From: Adineta vaga
Taxonomy: Eukaryota; Animalia; Rotifera
Direction: 5' to 3'
Assembly (NCBI GenBank): GCA_021613535.1
Contig: CP075492.1
Coordinates: 8,742,001 to 8,806,000 of the forward strand
DNA length: 64,000 nucleotides
Shown: piece by piece, positions 52,093-64,000 of the stretch
Position numbering within the stretch: position 1 is the first letter of the stretch
Layout: the number at the start of each line of letters is the position of its first letter
Translations under genes and position numbers: made by a program
Notes under the pieces: model-generated
What the model saw: the letters and a program-made list of their open reading frames with translations, nothing else
Database searches by the model: none
Told to the model about the DNA's origin: nothing

Positions 52093-53700
52093 ATGTGAGT
52101 GCATGTGCACGGCTGGTGCTTCTCAATCGAAAAGAAACGGAATAAGAAAGGGAATGTCATCAACAGAAGCTACTAGCAACAAAAAGAGAAAAAGAACAGA
52201 AGTAGTAAAAGAAGGTGGTCACTCGTCATAGGCGCTCGATTGATTTATTTCAATTTGTTCGACATGACAAGAATGATCTGACAGACAACGTGCATACATT
52301 CATATTCACTAAGTGTTAGACTGACAAATGGTGCATATCGCATCCTCGCACAAGAGAATTATTTCTAGTGCGAAAAAAAAACGACACAAATATTTCTGTA
52401 ACAATCTACCTTTTATCATATGAATCCTGTCGATAAGCTTCTTGTTCTTGTTATTCTTCACCAATGTTTTTTACCAGATAAAAAGAATAAAAAAAGAAAA
52501 GACGACAATGATGATGACGACTATTTGCGTATTATCTCTTCTAATCTTGACGTGTATTTGTTTATAGAACACAATGGTTCGTTTCGTGTTTTTTCTTTTG
52601 TTTCACTTTGAAGATATCTGCAAAATATTTCTTTGTACTTAATATTAAAACAAAAGAAAATGAAAAACAATCTGACTAAATTAAAAATCTTGTCTTATCG
52701 ATTATCCTTTGTACATGTGTTGACCATCATCAACATTTATTTTCGAAATAGCGTGACAGATAGAGCAAAAGAAGAACAAACGATTTTTTTTCACACGCAT
52801 TCGCCGTGACGAGAGACGTACGCATGAAAATTAGGATAATGGCAATTTTGATTATCGTCGTCCACCTACCATTACTATTTATATCGCGTGTGAAAAAAGA
52901 ATATACTATAATAATAAGAAGAAGAAGAAACAAAAAGAAGAATTTTTCTTACTTGAATGATAGAAGTAACAATATTCGCGTTTTGCCAACGGCCAAAAAC
53001 GACAGCAAATTTCGACATCTACAGCGATAAGCTATCATTAATCTTTGATAGAGTAAGCAAGAGAGAGAGAGAAAGACAGATGAAGTAGCAGAAAAATATA
53101 TATTCAGGTAAAAAAGAAACAAAGACTAACAGAATAAGTATATACATTTATTTTGTTATCGTTCTGTTTATTATCTTGTTATCCAGCTATGTAAAGAACT
53201 GGATTAACGATACTACCCTTTCGTTGACCTGAACAATGAACAAATTCAAATAGAAAGAATAAATTGATGTATTATCGTTTCTTCTTGTAAAACACACAAT
53301 TTGATTTGATTGAGATGAAGGAGAGAAAAAGAAAGAAGAAATGGATTTTCGATAGTAAGCAAGGTGGTAGTGCATTTGTGTCAAACACATCTGTACACAA
53401 ATCACAATCAATTCTAATACACATCGCACGACGGGTCTCTCCTTTACTCGACTCGAGCGGTAATCACTTTTTTCCTCTCTCTCTCTCTCTGTCTTCAAGT
53501 AGCAGCAGCCGAGGCGTCGTGTTCACAATAAAATTCATTCTCGCCCGTCGATAAAATCGCTTTTTCCTTCATCTACCTTCATCATCTTTGTGTTAATCGT
53601 CCATTTTTGATAAGACGCTCTACTCATAGATGCTTCGGCATTGTCGTCTCGCTACTTTTCTTTTCGTATTTCTTCTCTCTGTCTCTGTCCGGGAGTTAAT
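49550..53700. repeat. Intergenic region with clustered (GA/CT)n, (TA)n and (TG)n microsatellites upstream of dve
   Basis: GA runs at ~50256, 50691, 50871, 50951, 51143, 53059 and 53474; TA/TG run at ~52058-52094. Confidence 0.7.
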
Positions 53701-54471
53701 CTAACATTGAGTTGAGCACTACCGATTGCTTTCCTTCTCATCATCCTGATTTACGAACGAACAACATATAAGAAAGAGATGCTTGTAGCTTAACACTGTC
53801 GGCAAAGGTAGATTATACAGAAATAAGAGCGGTAACAATGTCGGTTGTAGTAGTAGCAGCAACAACAGACAGAACAAAAAAGAAAAAGAATCGATAAAGA
53901 AACTTAATTGAGCTTTTGCTTACCGAGTATATTATAAAATTTGTTCGACTCGATAAGCTTAAGTCGATAGGTAACACATTATCGAAATAAAAACATCATG
54001 TTAAAAATAAATTCGATAAAAAGATTTCTTCCATATGAGTCATATCAGATCGGTTCTTTTTCTAATTGCTATTTATTATTGACAATGCATACAAATCATA
54101 TACTTGTTTCTCAATTAAATTTGTATCCAAACAAACCTTTACAATCATGATATACAACACTATTTTATGTTTTTTTTCTTTCTCTCGCAATATTGTTTAT
54201 TAAAAAAAGAATCAATGATGAAAATTTCCAAATGATTGATGATTTTCCTATGAGACTATAGTAAATATATGTACGAATACAAGATTAATAGAATAAATAA
54301 TGATTAATGAATATCACACAATAGCTTAAAAAGAAACTTATCTTTTCTCCAAGTGAATACAAATGTTTATGAGGACATTCGATTGTAGCGAGTTTATTGA
54401 AAAAAAAAGATCAAAATAGTATTCCATAACAAAATATTTAACCGAAAACAGGAAAATATATATACTATCGT

Positions 54472-55817
54472 TTACTTAAATACATATTCACGAAAGAATT
54501 CAATCGTTGAAATCATAATAGCGCATGCTGGAGAGACTTTTAACAAACGTGGAATAAGACCTAAATAAAAATGGAAAGAAACACAATAGAATCCGTTGAA
54601 AAAAGTATATATATTGACAGGTAGTCTTATTTACCTTTATACCAACTTCGTATACCTCCATCTTTGAACATTTGACGTAGGAGATGAAGTGTACGGTCAG
54701 TTGATTGTGATTGATTATTGCCTAATTGAACCTGACGAATTGATTTAATAGTATCAAATGGATGTGTAAGAACAGTTGCTAGAGCACCTAATTGATTTCA
54801 CAACAAATGAATGATTCGAATAGGAACGAGAATTAATCGACTTGATTTACATACCGGCTGTTGCTCCTGAATAAAATGCACTTAATGTTGGTGGTGTACT
54901 CGTTTTTTTCATAAGATATACTACAATAAGTATCAATATAGATTTTCAAAATAATTAGAATGACATATCTACGTTTTAATCGTTCATAAGCAGACCAATA
55001 AATAACTAGAAATGAAAAGTTTTATTAGAAATTACGATTATTAAACATATCAATAGTTTATACTTACTACTAAATGGCAAATCTCTCCAAATAGTTGGTA
55101 CAAGTCCTCTCCATAACGAACGAAAACCATCAGATTCAATCGAAGTTTTTAACATCGTTGATAATTCACTATATGACAATTTTTCTGACATTTTTTTCGT
55201 TCTTATTAATTCTAATGGACTTGTCACAACTACTGCTAACATTCTTGCTAAACCACCAGCGAGGCCGGGTACTACTGGATTTAAATTCGTTCTTTTATAA
55301 CCCATACAACATTTCAATTGTTCATACGTCGTAAAATAAATCACTGTATTTGGTAATGACATTACTAATGTTGGAGGTAAACCTGACCATAGAGATTGAA
55401 TACCTTCACTACGTGTGATCTACATAGAAAGTATGTTTTAACAGAAGAAAAGAGAAAAAAAGATATTAACTTTGAGTAAAGCATCAATTGTACCATTGTA
55501 TTTTCCTGGAATTGATCGATTGTACCATGGTACTGATTCATGTCCATTAAAACAAGTACACATATGATCACCTAAACCATTTCGAAATACAAAGCAATCA
55601 CCTTTGCTCAATGGTTGTTGTTGTGATTGTAATCGTATTCTAATCACGTCAAATGGTGACTAGAAGAAGAAGAAGCAGAAAAAACATATATGAACTCAAA
55701 TAAATGTTTGTTTGTTTTTCTCTCTACCATTAATAATGCGGTACACATCGCTCCAATAGATGTTGCAATAATTTGTTGTACAGGAAATACAACGCATTCA
55801 TTTTTATTAGTACTCAT
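54472..55817 (-). CDS. Mitochondrial glutathione carrier SLC25A39/SLC25A40 (Mtm1/shawn family)
   Basis: [73 protein letters not shown] and [12 protein letters not shown]. Confidence 0.92.
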
Positions 55818-56369
55818 ACCTATAATATGATGGAAAGATTTTCATACTGAAAAAATGTTTAGATTGTGATTTATTTTAGTTTAAAAAGAAACGAAATAAA
55901 GTAACAAGAGATCAAAGTTAAAGAGAAGAAAAAGAATGAGATACAAAGAGAGCAAAATAATGATGACAATCTATTCATATTGAAGACGTTCAAAAAAAAA
56001 CGAAATCCAGATATTGTTTTCTACGAATTTATCTGACAATCGTGTGCTTTGCTTGAAAATTACTAAGAATCATTTGTTTTGTTTTTCTTCATGTTTTTGA
56101 AAAGTTCATTAATTTCATTCATTGCACACTAACGATCATCACAGATGCAAGAAGAAGAAGAAGAAGAAACATAAGCGAAAGAAGGAAACAAAATACGTGC
56201 TGATGAAATTTTCGAAGGAGAAAGCAAACACATGAAGAAAAAGTGATTTTAATGAGTCAACAGACAGTAAGGTTAGTGAAGAAAGAAAAAAAGTAAGTAA
56301 ATAAGGACAAAGGTGATAATCGTACTTGCTTCAAAAGAAAAAAAACACGATCAAATATGAAAAATATTT

Positions 56370-58023
56370 CTAATAGTAGTGAACTTTTTCTGTCTTTTGT
56401 GCCCAAGCAAAATCATCTGAACGAGGCTTTGCTCCTGTATATTTCTCAACAAACGATTCCAGCCATGGCCAAAATTTTATCATTTCTAACGGTCTATTTA
56501 GCCAACCGGTTGTAACTAGAAAAGCAAATTGTAAGACAGTTTACTAAGTTAGTTCTACTTACTACAAAAATACGTATCATGTGGAACAACTAAAACAAAG
56601 ATAAATAGAAGAAATTTTATCTAATGATTAGTAATAAGAAACTGAATAAGAGAGAAATATTTGATCTTTTGTATAAACAGTGATGAAACATCACGATATC
56701 TGTTTATATTCAACTAACTGATTGTCATTCGAATGTATGTTGAGTTTTCGATTTGATTAAACATTCTATTATTATTTTTGAAATACAATATGATTAGTTG
56801 CAAAGTTTTAGAAGAATAACAACTCGATTATTTCATTGTAGAACAAAATTGTACGCAAATGTACTTATAAATTTTGACATACCATGATGTAATCGATGAT
56901 GTTTTCGAGGTAAAATAATATGGTAATGTTGTAAAAAAACAATAAAAGATGGTAGACCAAAATAAGTATGTGACCATTTATGGAACTAATATAAGAGAAT
57001 AAATATGACGAATTAATACAAAGAATATGAATCTACCTGATTTGTCATCGATACAAATATTGCTAGAAGAAACATATAGACCTCAAAATTATAGATTTGT
57101 CTAATATCAGTCTCATTCCAATAGGTAAATTTATAAGCCATATAGAAAAGATAAGGAACTGTCACTGCAAAATTGTCACCATTAGTTTCAATAAAATCAT
57201 GACGTGTAATTGATGTTGGATCAATATGATGTTCGCGAAATGGACGTAGAAAATTTCGACCAATAAATGGCATATCCACTGAACCCCATGTATCAGCACC
57301 CCAATGAACAATACCTGATGCTAAATCTGCTGTTAATATTCCCAGTACTAGAAGAGAAGAAAATTTTAAAAAAAACAATCATTGAATAATTAATATTTTC
57401 AAATTCAATTTTACGAGCTGAAGGAATGATGAGGTACCAATTTCTAACATCAAAATAATGGCATGTAAAGTAAAAATTATAGGTCATTAAAATAATACAT
57501 AGAATAATTGATATAATTTCTTGAATGCGTTTTTCTAAATGAAATAAATCAATAAGTAACAAAAGGAAACAATTAAATCCAAAAGAGATTCTTTCAAGCG
57601 GAATATTTTTCGATCGAATCATTGATGTGAATTTCCTTTTATTTAGAAGATCTTCTTCAAGAAATAATTTGTTTGTTTTTTTATCCTTGAATATTTTACC
57701 TTTTGTATATTGACTAGCAAGTAATTTGGCACCGGCATGTTGAGGACCCCAACGAATTTCTCGTGCATCATGTAATGTATTACCATTTGGATCATCTTCA
57801 GGCATAGAATTTTTCGCGACAAGAATATCCTCATCTTCGGAATTAATGCGTCATATTGTCTTTGGTAATTGATGTCGTCGATGATGATGATGATGATGAT
57901 GATGCTGTTGATGAAGCTAGAAAATAAATGATGATATTATTCATAGGAAGATCTCTTTTTATCTCATGTACCAGTCGATGATGTTGAACAAGTAGAAGAA
58001 ATAGTTGATATTGAAAGGCACAT
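56370..58023 (-). CDS. PEDS1: Plasmanylethanolamine desaturase (TMEM189/Kua/CarF family); 5' end has a frame anomaly, first in-frame ATG at 57805
   Basis: [66 protein letters not shown] (includes a 27-nt exon 56589-56563) and KPRSDD. Confidence 0.92.
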
Positions 58024-61000
58024 TTGTTGTTAATATTTCGATGAATAAATCGACTTATGTGTTTGAATGTTAAATTGACTTCGACGAAAAAACGAATAAC
58101 AAATATCCCGATACCGCCATGTTAATTTCGGTGATCGGATTTTATTCTAGAAGTGAGTAAGAAAAATAAAAAAAAAGAATTTATTCTAACGTCTATCTTT
58201 CTTCTTCTAATCATAATATAATAAATAGTTAATGATTCCTATTTCTGTTTTTTTCTAACTTTCATCTTAAATCAAAGTAGAAATTACCTAGTAACTAACA
58301 CTCAAATAAAATCAACATCAACAACGTAATAAACACGGAAAATGAAAGAAAAACGACTAGCTTACTAATAAAAAAAAAGAGTAATGTCATTCAATTGTAT
58401 TTGTTCAATGTGCACGACGTTTTCTTTTCTTTTCTTTTCTTTGCTTTAAAAGAGAGTGAAAGAAAGAAAGAAAGAAAAAGCAATTTAATCAACAAAAATG
58501 TTAGTAGTACAAACTAAACTGATAATAACTCAAGACATCATCAATAGAGCTTGTGTTAGAGAAAATTTTCATCGAATATACCGTTTAAATGCTTAGTGGA
58601 ATACATCTGCCAGTCATTGCTCGTTCTATTTTCTATGACATCTTCGTTTCTTCTTTCTAATGTGGACAAAAAGCGTTCTCGCACTTCTTAGTAATCTGTC
58701 TCTTACTTGTTCTTTTTTTCTTGCTCCCTGTATTCTAGCCGGAAAGAAAAAATATATATATAGAACAGACATGACACTCTTATGAAAACACACATCGAAT
58801 AAACTAGTATAACTGTGACTGCAATATTATTTTGACAATAAAGAACATAAAAGAAAAGAAAGTGAATAAAAAAAAAGAGGCAATTGTCTTTTATGTCGAT
58901 CTAGAATTGATAAATTAATTATCTCTACTGTTAGATAATTTGTATTTCTATGGATATATTAATCTTATTTTATCACATTGTTTCGTTTCTTCTCGATTAC
59001 TACTTATTGAAAAACTCAACAAATAAACAAAATCGATGAGCATACGAAAAAAAGAACGAGAAAGAAAAACGCAAGGAATAAAAAATCAAGATTCATATCG
59101 TAACAAAAGAGAAGAAAAAAGATCTGAATGTTAAATAACACACCCTATAACGTGATTTATCATATTGATAAATGAAGAAAAAGAAAATAGCGAATGTGTT
59201 AAAAAAACAAGTTTTTATTATGAAGATATTCTCGCCGTGTGTGCACTTTGTCAAAGTCCAATATAGAGAAATATCTATTTCTGCTATACACAACATGCCA
59301 GGAATAGCAAAATACGATGAAGAATGATGACTGTTAAGACTAACTAAGTTACGCTCGTTTAGTATTTCTCTTGTTCTTTACTTTTTCTGGATCATTTATA
59401 AGTTAATTAGAGCTACCAATTATTTTTTCTGTATCGTATCTAAGATTGAAAATTGGTTAAATCATTGAGAAAACTTTTCATGAAAATTATTTTCACGAAC
59501 TTTTTACTCATTCAGTTCATTATATCTAAAAAAGACTTGAATAGTCTGTCAAAAATTGATCTATAGGTGGCGCTAGTAGATGATCTTAATTATGAGGATG
59601 TCATATCTTTTCACAATTCAAATAATCATGAAATATCAAAAAGAAGTTTTACAATGAAACTTTGATGTTCATATCTGTAACTCATTGATGCCAGTTGATG
59701 TAATGAACAGCAAGATGAAAATTTCGACGTCAGTAAGAATGAATTCTGATGTTAGAAATCGAACAAAAAAGTCTTTGAGAAAATGTCGGTCAAGCTTTAC
59801 GAAATCAAGCAGAAAATACTGTAAATAATTGATCTTTGTCAGATGTTGTTTATGTCCTTTGATATACTTCTCGTAAATTAATTTTTTTCATATTACGGAT
59901 CAATGATATTGATTAATTAATTTAGCATCATATTCTCTACATAACTTGACGTTTGCGATGGATTTTCAATGTTTATACAAAAGAGTAAAAACAAGAGCTT
60001 GACACCCATGTCAAAGTGTACGTTCTTTTTCAGAATAGAGCTTGTGAAATTCTATGATTAGTTTCATCCCACAGCTCATTGCGACGCTAGAGAACTCGTC
60101 TGTAGAATCTTAATTGAAACTAAATTATTCAATGTTTCATATGCGTCATTCACTGTGAACACGATATAACATAATCTCTTATTAACTGATACAGTACCTG
60201 AGACTTTCTAAAAAATACGTCATTAAAACGGAATAAAAGCCTACCACTAACAACTGACATTCGTCATTATTAAAAATATTTTCCAATACTTGATTATTAG
60301 AAATAAGATTATGCGTAAAGCAAATTTTCATAGTCTAACATACGATTGAAAGATAAATAATTACAGTTATTCTAGGAAAGTATCCGTGCGGATCGTTTTT
60401 TCTCTTCTTTCGGTAAGTGATTTTCGCGAAGTTAACTCTTCTTCAGATAAACAATCTTGCATAGACATAGTTAGTGTATTCTTGCATGTAAACATTTGGT
60501 CCAGATGTTGAATAAGTTTACTCGATATTCCTTTTTTTTACTTTCGTGGGGGGAAATACCAAGGATTGCGTCGAATTAATTATTGATTGTATGATACTTT
60601 CAACGTTTTTTATTATTATTTCTGTTCCAATTAAAACATAGTCAACTTGTTAAACTAGTAGTCATTTTATCGATCATTCATTTAACTTTTCTTGTCGTAG
60701 TTGAGTTAATCATTTTCTCAATTTCCTGTTTCTATTTATCAAATATAAACATCTAAAATTACCTATGATTTCAAATATATCTTTTTTTAGATTGCATTTA
60801 TTTGATAGACATTTGCGTTAAACACCCTCAATGATAAACAAACTTTTGCCTCTTGGGATAAAAATATGTTGTGTGGGTGGGTGATGATTTTCTTCTTCTC
60901 GATTTGTTTTCTTTTTCTTTTTGTAAATGAGCATGTATTCTTCTATTAATTAGACCGGAGAGATTTACTTGAAAAGAAAGAAATATGTCAACATATATAT

Positions 61001-61043
61001 TGAAGCAAACGGCAAGGAAAATTCTTCATCTCTTTTTAGAATT

Positions 61044-61503
61044 ATGAATTCACGATCCGTTTTTCTTGTTCCTTTTCGTTTTCCAATATTTTTGCTAATT
61101 ATTTCCAGTTTACTCTTATTACAATCTTCACGACCTGTTCAATCCATTTCTCTCAGCCGATTATGCGGACAATTTGGACATTCCTGTTTTGGAGGTAGAA
61201 ATTCTTCAAAAGAATAAAACAAATCTCTTTTATGCAAAGACATATTTTAGCGAATTGGGGTAAACGTTCGAATGCAGATGCAACCTCAACACAGTTTATC
61301 ACATTCGATCTCAATGATGATGATGCAACGCGAATGCCTACTGTTATACAAGATGATATTCTTGAAAAACTTCGAATGGTAAAAGAAAATAAAAGCACGC
61401 TTATATATCATGAATATGTATTTTCTTGTCTTTATAGAAACTACATCGGCAACGTTGGCGACAATTATTAGGCCTGGAAGAAGACCGGATTAGACGTTCA
61501 TGA
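61044..61503 (+). CDS. CCHamide / excitatory peptide (EP) neuropeptide precursor, 3 coding exons
   Basis: Signal peptide, then the spliced sequence LCGQFGHSCFG|ANW-GKR (CxxxGHSCxG core with amidation and cleavage signal), then a C-terminal propeptide ending RIRRS*. Confidence 0.88.
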
Positions 61504-62305
61504 AATAGAAAATAATATGCATGTGTATTTTGATTTGTTTGAGCGAATAACATTTATCTTCTGCTTCAGACTCGAATGACTATATCGAAGAAAAACAGTT
61601 GATTATTGATTGATTAAAATCATTTGAAAAGAACATAATTGTTTTTTTATTATTATCAATATTGTATTGAGATACAAGAATAAAAATATTCCGTGTTGGT
61701 CTTTATGTCATATAATTAGTCTAATTGAGTATTCACGAGAGAAAAACGTAGGTAAAGAAATATTTATTATAATCGTCAACTTAGCAAAAGATTCTCTTGA
61801 GATTTGTGATACATGCGAGAACAAAGAAGTTCGATTCTGTCTGACAAATGCCAGTATTTTATTGAATATTCTCCGAAAGATTAACCAAAACGAACTCTTT
61901 TGTATATCTATTTGCTTATTTGACAAAATCGCCTTTATCGAAATGTCTTTCAATGCATTAAAACATTTTCACCATGCTTATTTTCTTTACAGTACCTTGG
62001 GATTAGAGAACATTCCAGGACTAACTAAAAATATCTACGTGAATCACTGTTGAACGGTAGAAGAGTTCGTTGGATCATATTCTCTCGAGGAATTCAAATA
62101 TCCAATTCTCTTCAAAATGAACCATGGTAATTAGTAATCTTTCCTTTTTCATTCGTTCATTATAACTAATTAAGAATGTGTCGTTTAATTAAAAACAAAA
62201 ACAAATATTTATTTGAAATTATGAATTTTAAAACGAGAAAAATATCTTCATTCTGATAACTTCTACAAAATATAAAAAGACAAATAATTTGAATATCAAT
62301 TAAAA

Positions 62306-64000
62306 CTATTCTTTATTTATTGATTCATTTGATTTGAAATATCGCACTGCCGATTGACATGCTGCATATTTCGCCATCTTCTTGTTTTCATGTTGACCGA
62401 AAAATTGAACACCATTATTAGCTTTAATATAACAAACAGATGTAAATTTCTCTGTTTTAGAGTCAACTAGACGAAATTGGCTAGAGGAAAAGAAATAATT
62501 TATCGATGTTCTTATAACTCTAATATGAAACTTACTGAACAATTTTGCCACCTTGTTCGAAAAATATTCGTACAGGGTTAGAATTAGGATTGTCAATCGA
62601 TCGTTCTGTATAGAAATAAAAATAAAAATCTATTTTATAATGAAGAAAAAGTAGTTTACTGATATATTCTCGAAGCAGAGGTTCGATCGTTTGCCAGACC
62701 GTTTCTAAGCATTTATCAGAATCGAGAAAAATTGCACCAACTAAAGCTTCAAAAACATCAGCTAAAGCTTTAGGTGCTGTCGAATCAGCCCATTGATCAT
62801 TATCCTAAACAGAGAAACGTTGAAATTGAATTTTGATGAAGAGAATAGGATTCATTACTTTGCTTAATTGAACATCCATGGATGAATCTTTTGGAAATAA
62901 CACCTCATTATTAGTATAATAGCTGATTTTACCAAATAAATCCGGTGAGTTATGAAGAATTTTCTTATGAAGACCAGCTGCAACCAAAATATAAGACAAA
63001 CGTCCATTATTTGATAAGTCTTGTCGAATATCTGTTACTTGACCTACAATGGATATTATCAAAAATTCAAAAGCTCATCTCGATTGATGAACATTACCTG
63101 GTTTAATATCTTTCTTTTCGATAAAAATATATCGTGTAACAAGAAAATCGAGAACAGCATCTCCCAAGAATTCCAATCTATAGAAAAACAAAAATCGAAT
63201 GATAGACTAATTTTTCAGAAATAGAATACCTTTCATAACAATTTGTCAAACGATTCGCATAACTTGATGGATGAGTAAATGCTGCAATGAGATATGCTTT
63301 ATTTTGAAATGTATAATTAAGTGTTTTTTCAACAGAAGAAAATGCTTGTTCTTCATAAAATTTCTGAATTACATCATCACTTTCATTACAATCCAGATAC
63401 GAACAGAGAATTGATGGTGTTTCTATGACATGATCTAATTTCATGAAAACAAAACTTCTTCACAAAGTTTCTTTCAATTTAATCCTTACTTTCACGATCT
63501 AATGGAATAACATCCAGACCTAACCATTTCATAAACTGTATCGTCGTTGCATAATCAGTCGACAAAAGAAAAGCACCCATAAATGCTTCCATCATATCAG
63601 CAAATGCTTTTCGTTTTACTGTTTGATATTTATATCGTTTTAATTCAAGTACATCATTGGCATTTGTTTCTTGAACAACATATCCAGGTGGAATCCAGTT
63701 GGCATCATCTCCACGAAAATCAACTTTCTTTGCATTTAAATATGATTTTAATTTCTTTAAAAACGCGATTGCATAGAGATTTCCATTCGATATTTGTTTA
63801 GCTTTTTCAACCGTCAATGCACCAGCACCAGCAAGTGGATATCGATGATAAAAACACAACGATATAGTAAGTTTCAGAAAACAATCACCAAGAATTTCAA
63901 AACTTTCCATATCAAAATTTTCATCTGTTGAACGACGAGTAATCGATTGAAAAAGAATTGCAGATGATGGCTGTAATGTAGAATGTTTTGATAATAAATC
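62306..64000 (-). CDS. Dicer-family RNase III; C-terminal part (RNase IIIa, IIIb, dsRBD), 5' part outside the window
   Basis: ESFEILGDCFLK and KAFADMMEAFMGA (IIIa); AAFTHPS, CYERLEFLGDAVLDFLV and PKALADVFEALVGAIFLDS (IIIb); NPVR...KKMAKYAACQSA (dsRBD). Confidence 0.93.

Noticed and set aside
51785-53554. Several 60-150 aa ORFs (51785, 52420, 52730, 52806, 53187, 53306)
   Set aside because: Built from microsatellites and A/T tracts, with no splice or domain support.
57845-57860. In-frame TGA upstream of the PEDS1 ATG as selenocysteine or readthrough
   Set aside because: That frame has no upstream ATG under the visible splice phase, no SECIS was recognised, and this family is not known as selenoproteins.
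59560-59581. AGGTGGCGCTA, resembling a CTCF core motif
   Set aside because: Single short match with no supporting context.
21300-61503. Apparent neuro-signalling cluster (SERT, peptide GPCR, CCHamide, new peptide) or small-RNA cluster (Tudor, Dicer)
   Set aside because: The genes are tens of kb apart and interleaved with housekeeping genes, and the GPCR is not of the CCHamide-receptor type; co-occurrence is plausibly chance.
61667-62053. 128-aa ORF and its antisense 81-aa ORF between the neuropeptide gene and Dicer
   Set aside because: Non-ATG starts and no recognisable motif.
1-64000. CRISPR arrays, rRNA/tRNA genes, intact transposons
   Set aside because: No repeat-spacer array, structural RNA signature, transposase/RT ORF or terminal repeats recognised by eye; small ncRNAs or MITEs cannot be excluded without a search.

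Overview
AT-rich, gene-dense eukaryotic (metazoan) DNA with many very short (~50-60 bp) GT-AG introns. Intron size, composition and two lineage-typical intronless families (B-box-like/coiled-coil/propeller and ADP-ribosyltransferase-TPR) point to a bdelloid rotifer (inference). About 21 protein-coding genes can be reconstructed by hand. Conserved genes: ERLEC1 (partial), a PDZ/synaptopodin-like gene, a divergent eL42/RPL36A, a Ly6 three-finger protein, SLC25A1, a serotonin transporter, Par-6, a multi-Tudor protein, MED17, TUBGCP4, an SLC38A7-like transporter, a peptide GPCR, a dve/SATB homeobox gene, SLC25A39/40, PEDS1/TMEM189, a CCHamide/EP neuropeptide precursor and the 3' end of a Dicer. 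The first ~22 kb is more accessory. It holds a tandem pair of RING-less TRIM-like genes, an intact candidate myristoylated R-S-E ADP-ribosyltransferase-TPR gene, a decayed copy of that family, an eL42 paralog with Arg at both yeast methyl-lysine positions, and two small spliced orphan genes that the ORF track misses or fragments (an 82-aa hydrophilic protein and a 69-aa secreted two-Cys peptide). Two genes (synaptopodin-like, PEDS1) have apparent single-base frame breaks. No rRNA, tRNA, CRISPR or intact transposon was recognised. All family assignments come from motif recognition by eye, without database searches.
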